A DNA stretch of 64,000 bases. Origin: Octopus vulgaris (lineage: Eukaryota). The translations under genes and the position numbers were made by a program. Shown here piece after piece: positions 53,326 to 64,000 of this stretch. The DNA is taken from contig OX597824.1 of the NCBI GenBank assembly GCA_951406725.2, positions 34,658,001 through 34,722,000 of the forward strand, given 5' to 3'. Below the pieces are notes generated by a model that was given only the letters and a program-made list of their open reading frames with translations, did no database searches and was not told the DNA's origin. Each line of letters begins with the position of its first letter. The stretch's first letter is position 1.

Positions 53326-53968
53326 GTAAGTATTTTTATTAAATTACCTTTCAGATTGCAAAGCTATATTAGAATCATATTTATCTTTATTAATGCACCT
53401 TATTTCTTTTACAATCTTGAAAGAAACATAGAACTTATCATTTTTTAAATTATTTTACATCAGCAATCTAGTCATAAACTTTTTTCTTTGAAACTCATTG
53501 GGACAGAGAACCTTTAAAAATAAAAAAAAAATAAATGTTCCTTCACGAGCCGTGCCATGTATGTATAACAACAATACTAGTGTATGTATGTATAACAACA
53601 ATACTAGTAATAATAATAAAAAAAAAACAAAAAAAACTTATATAGTTATTTATATAAGTTTTTTAAAAATTTATTATTATTATTACTAGTATTGTTGTTA
53701 TACATACATACAAGCATATGTAATGATAATAATAAGTGGATGTAAACACATGAACAAAATAAGAATAAACAAAAACAACAACAACAAAAACAAATTACAT
53801 GAACGTATATAAACAGAAGATACAAATATTACAGGCATCCCACATACACACTAAATAAACATAGACGCACATAGAGATATAAGCATGTGCAAATGAAGAC
53901 ATACAATAGAAATACAAAATGGCTGACGGTTAGTAAGGAGAGACACAAATAAGAAAGAAGAAAACAAT

Positions 53969-54013
53969 GGACCACTGATGCAGTCACAGGAGTGTGACGA
54001 AAGAACTCTGGCC
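53969..54013 (+). ncRNA. Degenerate minimal hammerhead
   Basis: GG(A)CCA-CTGATGCA-GTCAC/GTGAC-GAAA-GAAC-TC-TGGCC; core altered. Confidence 0.45.
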
Positions 54014-54127
54014 GAAATAAGATTAAGATTAGTGTAAAAAATAAATAACACTGAAGCAAAATAACACCAAATATATAGTGCGTGTGTTTTTATTGGCTAA
54101 ACTGGCAGAATGACCATTCCGAAATAT

Positions 54128-54132
<5 letters not shown>

Positions 54133-54197
<65 letters not shown>

Positions 54198-54238
54198 GTA
54201 TGCATATGTATGTATATGTATATGTATATATATATGTG

Positions 54239-54293
<55 letters not shown>

Positions 54294-54460
54294 GTATATA
54301 TATATGTATATGTATATATATATGTGTATATGTATATATATATGTATATATATATATGTATATATATATATATGTATATGTATATATATATGTATATATA
54401 TATATATGTATATGTATATATATATGTATATGTATATATATATATATGTATATATATATG

Positions 54461-54535
<75 letters not shown>

Positions 54536-54958
54536 GTATATATATATATACAAATAAATGAAAGAATGGAGTTGAACGACGAATTAACAAAATTCCTTTA
54601 TTTTATTTTCGACATATATTTCGACGGCTGCATATTCCTAATTTCGAAGGAATAAGTTCCTTGTTTTTCCTGATGAGAAGGCGGCATAATGCACCCCTTA
54701 TTCCTTCGAATTTAGGAATATGCAGCCTTCGAAACATATGTCGAAAATAAAATAAAGTAATTTTGTTAATTCATCGTTCAACTCCATTCTTTCATTTATT
54801 TGTATTTAAAAAAACACACAAATTTCCACACTATAGCACGTGATTTCTGCCCTAGGCATGTAGCTTCAACCGTGTTTCTCTGACGTGAATTTGCTACCCA
54901 GGTATCGGTTAACCGAATTATCCATAATAAGATAATTCATTCAACTACTCAATTATTT

Positions 54959-55046
<88 letters not shown>

Positions 55047-55199
55047 GTATATATATATATGTATATGTATATATGTATATGTATATATATATGTATATAT
55101 GTATATATGTATATGTATATATATATGTATATGTATATATATATATATGTATATGTATATATATATATATGTATATGTATATATATATATATGTATATG

Positions 55200-55230
<31 letters not shown>

Positions 55231-55308
55231 GTATATGCATATATATATATATATATGTATATGCATATATATATATGTATATGTATTTATATATATATAT
55301 GTATATGA
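54133..55308. repeat. (TA)n/(TATG)n microsatellites flanking a hairpin insert
   Basis: Direct inspection (54133-54550, 54960-55308). Confidence 0.9.
54663..54750 (+). ncRNA. Minimal type-I hammerhead inside an inverted repeat
   Basis: TTTTC-CTGATGA-GAAGGCGGCATA...TATGCAGCCTTC-GAAAC-ATAT-GTC-GAAAA. Confidence 0.7.
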
Positions 55309-55483
55309 TTTACCCTATTCATCTTTAGACAATGCATTGTTTCAACCTGGCTTCTTTACCGATGAGACGAACCATTGGTAGATTGACTTGATTAGGTTTA
55401 ATTTAATTTAATTAGGCTGGTTTGCCATTAAAAACGTCGAAACAATGCATTGTTAGTTTTTCAGTTTGCATTTACACTGACCG

Positions 55484-55560
55484 AATGCACTGATGAAGCC
55501 ACGGACATTTGAATTATGTAAGTAATTCTTTTGTTAAAGGCCGAAACCGATGTATGCATT
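55484..55560 (+). ncRNA. Minimal type-I hammerhead with GTAAGT in the stem-II loop
   Basis: AATGCA-CTGATGA-AGCC...GGCC-GAAAC-CGAT-GTA-TGCATT; first stem-II pair mismatched. Confidence 0.65.
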
Positions 55561-56004
55561 TAAGTCTGTTTTTTATATAAATTTTCATCTGTCCTGCCCG
55601 CCAAATTTTTTTCTGGTGTTCGCTGAATTTTTCCTCTAGAGAATTTCCTATGTAGTTTGATCGTTGATGATCGGTTTCTAGCATATGGCCGACCACCTAG
55701 CAGTCCAGCCCTGCCAATATACACATATATTAGAATTTTCTCTGACTTCTCAGATTTTTTGTATGCTAGACTACTGGTTTTAAATTGATATTAAAATTAA
55801 TATTAATTTATCTCCCTCATTATTTAAATATCTATCTCTCTCTCTACGAAATATAACCTTTTAGGCTACCTTTAAGCATTAACCCCATCTTTCCGCCATA
55901 ACTTGATTTTGGCTTTCCTATCTCTCTCTCTACGAACTATAACCTTTTTTAGGCTACCTCCAAGCCTTAATCCCATCTTTCCGCCATCGACAGTGCGCCC
56001 CCCA

Positions 56005-56452
56005 CCCCCACCACCAATACCGGTGAACACGCCCCCCACCCCAACCCCACCCCACCCCCCACCAATACCGGTGAACACGTCCCCATACCCCCACCACCAA
56101 TACCGGTGAACACGCCACCCCCCACCACCAATACCGCTGAACACGCCCCCCCGCCAACACCGGTGAACACGCCCCCACCCCCACCACCAGTACCGGTGAA
56201 CACGCCCCCACCCCCACCACCAGTACCGGTGAACACCCCCCCCTCCCCCAATAACAGTGAACACCCCCACTACCAATACCGGTGAACACCCCCCCACCAA
56301 TACCGGTGAACACGCCCCCACCCCCACCCCACCACCAATACCGGTGGGCACGCCCCCCACCCCCACCACCAATACCGGTGAACACGCCCCCCTCCCACCC
56401 CACCACCAATACCGGTGAACACGCCCCCCCACCACCAATACCGGTGAACACT
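56005..56452. repeat. C-rich ~25-40 bp tandem repeat (~14 copies) at the RTE 5' side
   Basis: Recurring CCACCAATACCGGTGAACACGCCCCC. Confidence 0.9.
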
Positions 56453-59400
56453 GTTCTCACCATCTACACCGGATACGCTCTACTCCCTCCTCCTCCCCCC
56501 TTCCTACCCCTTCTCCTCATATGCTTTCACTGTGAAAAGACAAGCTGCTAGCGCCACAGCTCATCAACTGCCCACTGATCTTACGCTTCCTCCTGACACT
56601 GCCTCAATCCGACTATCTCCTTCCAGTCCCCTCCGTAATATCCTACGTTTTTATTTCTTACGAACCTACACCAACCCTTCCTGCCATCGTTCCTCCTTAC
56701 CCCAACCTTCCCCACTGGTGCTCCCCTATATTGACCGCACCCCCTCTACTATCTCTCCCTCTCTTTTCACTGGTAAAACCTTTCTCAGCTGGACCCCCCC
56801 CCAACTCAACTCTGGAATATCTGTATTTTTCCTCCTTAGTACGCTACCTAATTACGTTACTCAGTGACGATAACGAATGTCCACTGCTAACACCAGCTCC
56901 TGTCCACGGCGTGGACAGGTCGGAAGAGAGATCAAAAGAAAAATGCTACGAAAACTATCACCACCACAACAACCCTCCTCTTCTCAGGCGCTGAATTCCC
57001 CCCTCCCCCCACATCTCCTTCCCAGTTTTCAGAGTTGGCACTATCAATGTTGGTACATTGACAGGCAAGTCTAGTGAGATTGTAGAGATGCTAGAGAGAA
57101 GACAGGTTGATGTATGCTGCATACAAGAGGTAAGATGGAGAGGTGCTTCGGCTAGGGTCCTCACGGGCAAGGCACTTAGGTACAAACTCTTCTGGCAAGG
57201 TAACGTGGAAGGTGTAGGGGGTGTAGGCATTCTCCTTGCGGAGAAATGGGTGGATGAGGTCATAGAGGTTGTCAGGGTTTGCGATAGAGTGCTTAAGCTC
57301 AGGTTGGTCCTACAGAGTGGCACAGCTATGATTATCTCCGCCTATGCCCCACAAGCGGGACTACCAAATGATCAGAAGGACAACTTTTATGATAGCCTTC
57401 TGCAGGCTACTTCAAAGACTAGTAGCAAGGACCTCATCTTTGTAGGTGGAGACTTTAATGGGCATGTTGGGCGGGAATCGGGTATCTTCACTGGGGTACA
57501 TGGTGGCTATGGTATTGGCACCAGAAATGATGAGGGAACTAGACTGCTGGAATTCTGTGATGCATGTAACCTTTCAATCTGCAACACTAACTTCAAGAAG
57601 CCAGTCTGCCACCTTATAACTTATCAGTCAGGAGACTCCTCTAGCCAAATAGACTTCATCCTCACCAGACAGCGGGATGCAGGGTTGCTCTTGAATACAA
57701 AGACCCTCCCGGGTGAAGAATGTATCCCTCAGCATAGACTAATCATCAGTGACTTTAAGCTTGAGGCCAGAAGGACTCCAAGAAACAAACCAATCCAGAA
57801 AAGAAGGATTTGGAGGCTAAAGAACCCTTCACATGGTCAGAAATTTAGGGACATACTCATCAAGAAATTTGATGAGAGGGAGGAGGAGCTTCAGACGTCA
57901 GACATAGAAGGTAGCTGGGAATTCCTACGGGACAGCTTGCTGAGTGCCACAGACCGAGTCTGTGGATGGTGCAAAGTCCCTTCCAGACCTAGAATTACGT
58001 GGTGGTGGAATAGTGCAGTAGATAAAGCCATCTGTAAAAAGAGACGGGCCTGGAAAGCCTGGAAGGATGGGGGCAGCAGGGAACTGTACCAGATAGCCAA
58101 AAGGGAGGCTGGGCGGCAGGTATACATAGCCAAAGACGTAGCAGAAAAGAAGAAGTTTGCCAATGTCCAGCGACGCGAGGATCAAAGAGCTGAAGTATTT
58201 CGGATTGCCAGACAGTGTGTCAGAGAAAATAGTGATGTTATAGGAGAGAAATGTGTCCGCATGGATGATGGGGCACTTGCTTTTACTGCTAGTGAATAGA
58301 AAGAGGCTTGGAGAAGCCATTATGAAAGACTGCTGAATGAGGAGAATGAATGGGAGGAGGAGAGCCTGCCAAATGTTGACCCAGTAGAGGGACCAGCTAC
58401 CCGAATAGAGAGCTCCCTTGTAGATAAGGCAATTAAGGATATGAAACCAGGCAAAGCCCCTGGCCTATCAGGAATCACTGCTGAGATGCTTAAAACAGCT
58501 GGCTATGTGGGCTATACCATAGTCACCCGCATTGTAAACCAGGTAGTTCACAATGGAGTCATACCCAATGACTGGTGCAGCAGCACCATAGTCAACTGCT
58601 ACAAGGGTAAGGGTGATGCTCTAGATAGAAATAACTACAGAGGTATCAAACTGTTGGACCAGGTGATGAAGGTCTCAGAGAAGGTCATAACCCATCTCAT
58701 TAGGGAGAGAATTTGTTTAGATGAAATGCAGTTCGGTTTTGTACCAGGTAGAAGCACCACTGATGCTATATTCCTGGTCTGACAACTGCAGGAGAAGTAC
58801 CTAGCTAAAGATAAACCCCTCTACATAGCTTTTGTAGACTTGGAGAAAGCCTTTGACAGGGTTCCCCGTTCCCTCATCTGGTGGTCGATGCGGAAACTGG
58901 AGATTGAAGAATGGCTAATAAGGGCTGTACAGGCTCTATACAGAGAGGCTGTCAGCAAGGTTAGGATTGGCAACGAATATAGTGAAGAATTCCGGGTAGA
59001 AGTAGGTGTGCACCAGGGCTCAGCCCTCAGTCCCCTTTTATTCATCATAGTCCTTCAGGCAATAACAGAGGAATTCAAAACGGGATGCCCCTGGGAGCTC
59101 CTCTATGCCGATGACCTAGCTCTCATAGCAGAATCACTACTGGAACTAGAAGAGAAATTTCGGGTGTGGAAGCAAGGGTTGGAATCAAAGGGCCTTAGAA
59201 TAAATGTAGCAAAGACCAAAGTATTAGTAAGCAGCAAGAGGTACTCAGCACACACACCCTCGGGTAGGTGGCCCTGCTCAATCTGTAGGAAAGGTACAGG
59301 TAGAAACTCCATAAGATGCACCCAATGTAAGTTATGGACACATAAGAGGTGCAGCAACATTAAAGGGAAATTAACAGATAAGATAGCTTTCATGTGCGGC

Positions 59401-60421
59401 AGATGCACAGGGACAATAGACACAACAGACACTCAGAAAACAGATTCCATCACACTCCAGGGAGAGAAACTAGAAGTAGTTGATAGTTTCCGCTACCTGG
59501 GTGACCAAGTTAGTAGCGGAGGTGGATGCACAGAGAGTATCACCACTAGAATACGAATAGCCTGGGCAAAGTTCAGAAAGCTCCTACCCCTACTGGCAAC
59601 AAAAGGTCTCTCCCTCAGAGCGAAAGGTAGATTGTATGATGCATGTGTGCGAACTGCCATGCTTCACGGTAATGAAACATGGGCAGGGACTGCAGAGGAC
59701 ATGTGTAGACTTGAAAGAAATGAAGCTAGCATGATCCGCTGGATGTGTAGTGTCAGTGTGCACGCAAGACAGAGTGTAAGCATCCTAAGAGAAATGCTGG
59801 ATATAAGAAGCATCAGATGTGGTGTGCAAGAGCGACTTTTGCGATGGTATGGTCATGTGCTGCGGATGGATGAAGAGAGATGTGTGAAGAAGTGCCACTC
59901 CCAAACAGTTGAAGGTATCAGGGGGAGAGGTAGACCCAGGAAGACATGGGATGAGGTAGTCAAGCATGACCTCAGAGCATTGGGCCTCAGTGAGGCAATG
60001 GCGAAAGACCGAGATCTCTGGAGATATGCTGTGACTGCAAAGACCCGGGCTGCTTTCTGCAGCAATTCCACATACCCACTACCCATTCAAAGTACCCCAG
60101 ATCCCCAAAGTACCCCGGATCCCCAAAGTACCCCGGATCCCCAAAGTACCCCGGACCCAGTTGCCCCCGTGCCACTGGCACGTTAAAAGCTCGAACCGAT
60201 CGCGACCAATGCCGGACCCCCCCGGCCCCTGTGCAGGTGGCACGTAAAAAGCACCCAATCCACTCATGGAGTGGTTGGCGTTAGGAAGGGCATCCAGCCG
60301 TAGAAACTCTGCCAAATCAGACTGGAGCCTGGAGCGACCCCTGGCTTCCCAGACCCCGGTCGAACCGTCCAACCCGTGCTAGCGTGGAAAACGGACGTTA
60401 AACGATGATGATGATGATGAT
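56453..60421 (+). mobile_element. Near full-length RTE-clade LINE
   Basis: Single long APE-RT frame, 3' UTR and (GAT)n tail at 60404-60421; 5' boundary approximate. Confidence 0.93.
56877..60186 (+). pseudogene. RTE ORF (APE endonuclease, RT, Cys/His finger); frameshift in the C-run ~57000, stops at 58297 and 58780
   Basis: ORFs 57058, 58441 and 58840 share one frame; GTINVGTL, CIQEVRW, SAYAPQ, GDFNGH, QIDFIL, GVHQGSALSPLLF, LLYADD, RGRGRPRKTW. Confidence 0.93.
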
Positions 60422-60436
60422 GTATATATATATGTG

Positions 60437-60517
<81 letters not shown>

Positions 60518-60850
60518 GTATATATGTATATATATGTATATATATGTATATAAGTATATATATATATATGATTAATTAATAAGGGTGAGAGAATTAGATA
60601 CTAATTTAATAGTATATCTATTCAACACCAAGTGGCCTAGTGCTACGAGAAACCTGGATTATTATAATATTTTATAACATATTATAATATTTTTACAAAA
60701 TAAATATAAGAGAGTGGTCATTATATGGCTCACTCTAGCACCAGTTAATCCAAAGGTTTCAACCACGAAAATACATGTTTCCCATGAAAGTCAGTACGAT
60801 TGTTAGCTCACACGGACAGGGCAAATAAAAAATAACAAAAATACAGATTA

Positions 60851-60932
60851 TTTTGGGACAATTGTTTCGCTATTAATGAATTAAATGTAATTTTACTTAC
60901 AAAAAAATCCATTTGTAGCTCGTCAGCCAAAA
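60851..60932 (-). ncRNA. Hammerhead ribozyme (type I, minimal)
   Basis: Reverse complement of 62205-62286. Confidence 0.85.
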
Positions 60933-61385
60933 CTATCTGGATGAAATCCACTCAATCACACGCCAGATTTTACCATAACGATAAATACGCGTGTGGTTCA
61001 ATTGATTACATCCGACGTTATAATTCAAATGCCCCAACTAACAGCGCGCCAAACTCTCACGGAAAACAAATACAGCATTTAGAAATAAATGCAGCATAAT
61101 TATAATTAATTAATAAGGGTGAGAGAATTAGATACTAATTTAATAGTATATCTATTCAACACCAAGTGGCCTAGTGCTACGAGAAACCTGGATTATTATA
61201 ATATTTTATAACATATTATAATATTTTTACAAAATAAATATAAGAGAGTGGTCATTATATGGCTCACTCTAGCACCAGTTAATCCAAAAGGTTTCAACCA
61301 CGAAAATACATGTTTCCCATGAAAGTCAGTACGATTGTTAGCTCACACGGACAGGGCAAATAAAAAATAACAAAAATACAGATTA

Positions 61386-61468
61386 TTTTGGGACAATTGT
61401 TTCGCTATTAATGAATTAAATGTAATTTTACTTACAAAAAAAATCCATTTGTAGCTCGTCAGCCAAAA
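61386..61468 (-). ncRNA. Hammerhead ribozyme (type I, minimal)
   Basis: Reverse complement of 62740-62822. Confidence 0.85.
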
Positions 61469-62204
61469 CTATCTGGATGAAATCCACTCAATCACACGCC
61501 AGATTTTACCATAACGATAAATACGCGTGTGGTTCAATTGATTACATCCGACGTTATAATTCAAATGCCCCAACTAACAGCGCGCCAAACTCTCACGGAA
61601 AACAAATACAGCATTTAGAAATAAATGCAGCATAATTATAATTAATTAATAAGGGTGAGAGAATTAGATACTAATTTAATAGTATATCTATTCAACACCA
61701 AGTGGCCTAGTGCTACGAGAAACCTGGATTATTATAATATTTTATAACATATTATAATATTTTTACAAAATAAATATAAGAGAGTGGTCATTGAGCTAAC
61801 AATCGTACTGACTTTCATGGGAAACATGTATTTTCGTGGTTGAAACCTTTTGGATTAACTGGTGCTAGAGTGAGCCATATAATGACCACTCTCTTATATT
61901 TATTTTGTAAAAATATTATAATATGTTATAAAATATTATAATAATCCAGGTTTCTCGTAGCACTAGGCCACTTGGTGTTGAATAGATATACTATTAAATT
62001 AGTATCTAATTCTCTCACCCTTATTAATTAATCATAATTATGCTGCATTTATTTCTAAATGCTGTATTTGTTTTCCGTGAGAGTTTGGCGCGCTGTTAGT
62101 TGGGGCATTTGAATTATAACGTCGGATGTAATCAATTGAACCACACGCGTATTTATCGTTATGGTAAAATCTGGCGTGTGATTGAGTGGATTTCATCCAG
62201 ATAG

Positions 62205-62286
62205 TTTTGGCTGACGAGCTACAAATGGATTTTTTTGTAAGTAAAATTACATTTAATTCATTAATAGCGAAACAATTGTCCCAAAA
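62205..62286 (+). ncRNA. Hammerhead ribozyme (type I, minimal); predicted cleavage after C62280
   Basis: Stem I TTTTGG/CCAAAA; CTGACGA; stem II GCTA/TAGC; GAAAC; palindromic stem III ACAATTGT; GUC triplet. Confidence 0.87.
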
Positions 62287-62739
62287 TAATCTGTATTTTT
62301 GTTATTTTTTATTTGCCCTGTCCGTGTGAGCTAACAATCGTACTGACTTTCATGGGAAACATGTATTTTCGTGGTTGAAACCTTTTGGATTAACTGGTGC
62401 TAGAGTGAGCCATATAATGACCACTCTCTTATATTTATTTTGTAAAAATATTATAATATGTTATAAAATATTATAATAATCCAGGTTTCTCGTAGCACTA
62501 GGCCACTTGGTGTTGAATAGATATACTATTAAATTAGTATCTAATTCTCTCACCCTTATTAATTAATTATAATTATGCTGCATTTATTTCTAAATGCTGT
62601 ATTTGTTTTCCGTGAGAGTTTGGTGCGCTGTTAGTTGGGGCATTTGAATTATAACGTCGGATGTAATCAATTGAACCACACGCGTATTTATCGTTATGGT
62701 AAAATCTGGCGTGTGATTGAGTGGATTTCATCCAGATAG

Positions 62740-62822
62740 TTTTGGCTGACGAGCTACAAATGGATTTTTTTTGTAAGTAAAATTACATTTAATTCATTAA
62801 TAGCGAAACAATTGTCCCAAAA
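62740..62822 (+). ncRNA. Hammerhead ribozyme (type I, minimal); predicted cleavage after C62816
   Basis: Same architecture as 62205-62286. Confidence 0.87.
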
Positions 62823-63073
62823 TAATCTGTATTTTTGTTATTTTTTATTTGCCCTGTCCGTGTGAGCTAACAATCGTACTGACTTTCATGGGAAACATGT
62901 ATTTTCGTGGTTGAAACCTTTTGGATTAACTGGTGCTAGAGTGAGCCATATAATGACCACTCTCTTATATTTATTTTATATTATATATATATATATGTAT
63001 ATATATATATGTATATATATATGTATCTATATATATGTATATGTATATATATTTATGTATATATGTATATATC

Positions 63074-63279
63074 TTTTACTTATTTCAGTCATTTGACTGC
63101 GGCCATGCTGGAGCACCGCCTTTAGTCGAGCAAATCGACCCTGGGATTTATTCTTTGTAAGCCCAGTACTTATTCTATCGGTCTCTTTTGCCGAACCACT
63201 AGGTGACGGGGACGTAAACACACCAGCATCGGTTGTCAAGCAATGCTAGGGGGACAAACACAGACATAGAAACACACAT

Positions 63280-63315
<36 letters not shown>

Positions 63316-63480
63316 GACAGGCTTCTTCCAGTTTCCGTCTACTAAATCCACTCACAAGGCATTGGTCAGCCTGGGGCTAAAGCTGAAGACACTTGCCGAA
63401 GGTGCCACGCAGTGGGACTGAACCCAGAACCATGTGGTTGGTTAGCAAGCTACTTCCCACACAGCCACTCCTGCACCTGT
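63074..63480 (-). mobile_element. Full-length octopus-type SINE
   Basis: Reverse complement of the 26301-26690 family. Confidence 0.9.
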
Positions 63481-63683
63481 ATATATGTATATATATGTAT
63501 ATATATATGTATGTATATATATATATGTATATATATATATGTATATATATATATGTGTATATATATATATGTATATATATATATATGTGTATATATATAT
63601 ATGTATATATATATATGTGTATATATATATGTATATATATATGTATATATATATATGTATATATATGTGTATATATTTATATG

Positions 63684-63752
<69 letters not shown>

Positions 63753-64000
63753 GTATATATATATATGTGTATATATATATATATATGTATGTATATATAT
63801 ACATATGTATATCTATATATATGTATATATATATCTTTGTATATATATATATGTATATATACATATATGTGTATATATATGTGTGTATATATATATATAT
63901 GTGTATATATATATGTGTGTATATATATATGTATATATATATATGTATATATATGTATATATATATATGTGTATATATATGTATATATATGTATATATAT
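63481..64000. repeat. (TA)n/(TATG)n microsatellite
   Basis: Direct inspection. Confidence 0.95.

Larger units (their letters stand above)
60568..62977. repeat. ~535-bp hammerhead-containing tandem units in two inverted arms (retrozyme / PLE-pLTR-like)
   Basis: AAGGGTGAGAG at 60581, 61115, 61651 (period 534-536); inversion junction at ~61792; reverse-complement copies extend to 62977. Confidence 0.95.

Noticed and set aside
55872-56551. Gly-rich and Pro-rich ORFs resembling structural proteins
   Set aside because: They arise from the C-rich tandem repeat, are open in several frames, and lack splice or start context.

Overview
AT-rich, repeat-saturated animal genomic DNA. The SINE families, (TA)n/(CA)n microsatellites and LINE repertoire point to an octopus/coleoid cephalopod; this is inferred from repeat recognition, not a database search. 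Most of the window is transposons: a young CsRn1/Boudicca-type Ty3/Gypsy element (about 29.9-35.6 kb), a nearly intact RTE LINE (about 56.5-60.4 kb), a CR1-group LINE, Dong/R4 and Penelope-like (PLE) remnants, hAT, Tc1 and pogo DNA transposons, MITEs and many SINEs. Host-gene traces are sparse: a minus-strand exon resembling an IgGFc-binding N-terminal domain, buried in a 49-50 bp minisatellite (2175-2343), and a plus-strand signal-peptide exon (39003-39065) followed by candidate micro-exons. The most striking feature is not in the ORF track: an ORF-less array of ~535-bp units at 60568-62977, arranged as two inverted arms, with four intact minimal type-I hammerhead ribozymes (retrozyme/PLE-pLTR-like). 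Each ribozyme has an ATG and a GTAAGT splice donor inside its stem-II loop. About eight more intact or decayed hammerhead motifs are scattered across the window.
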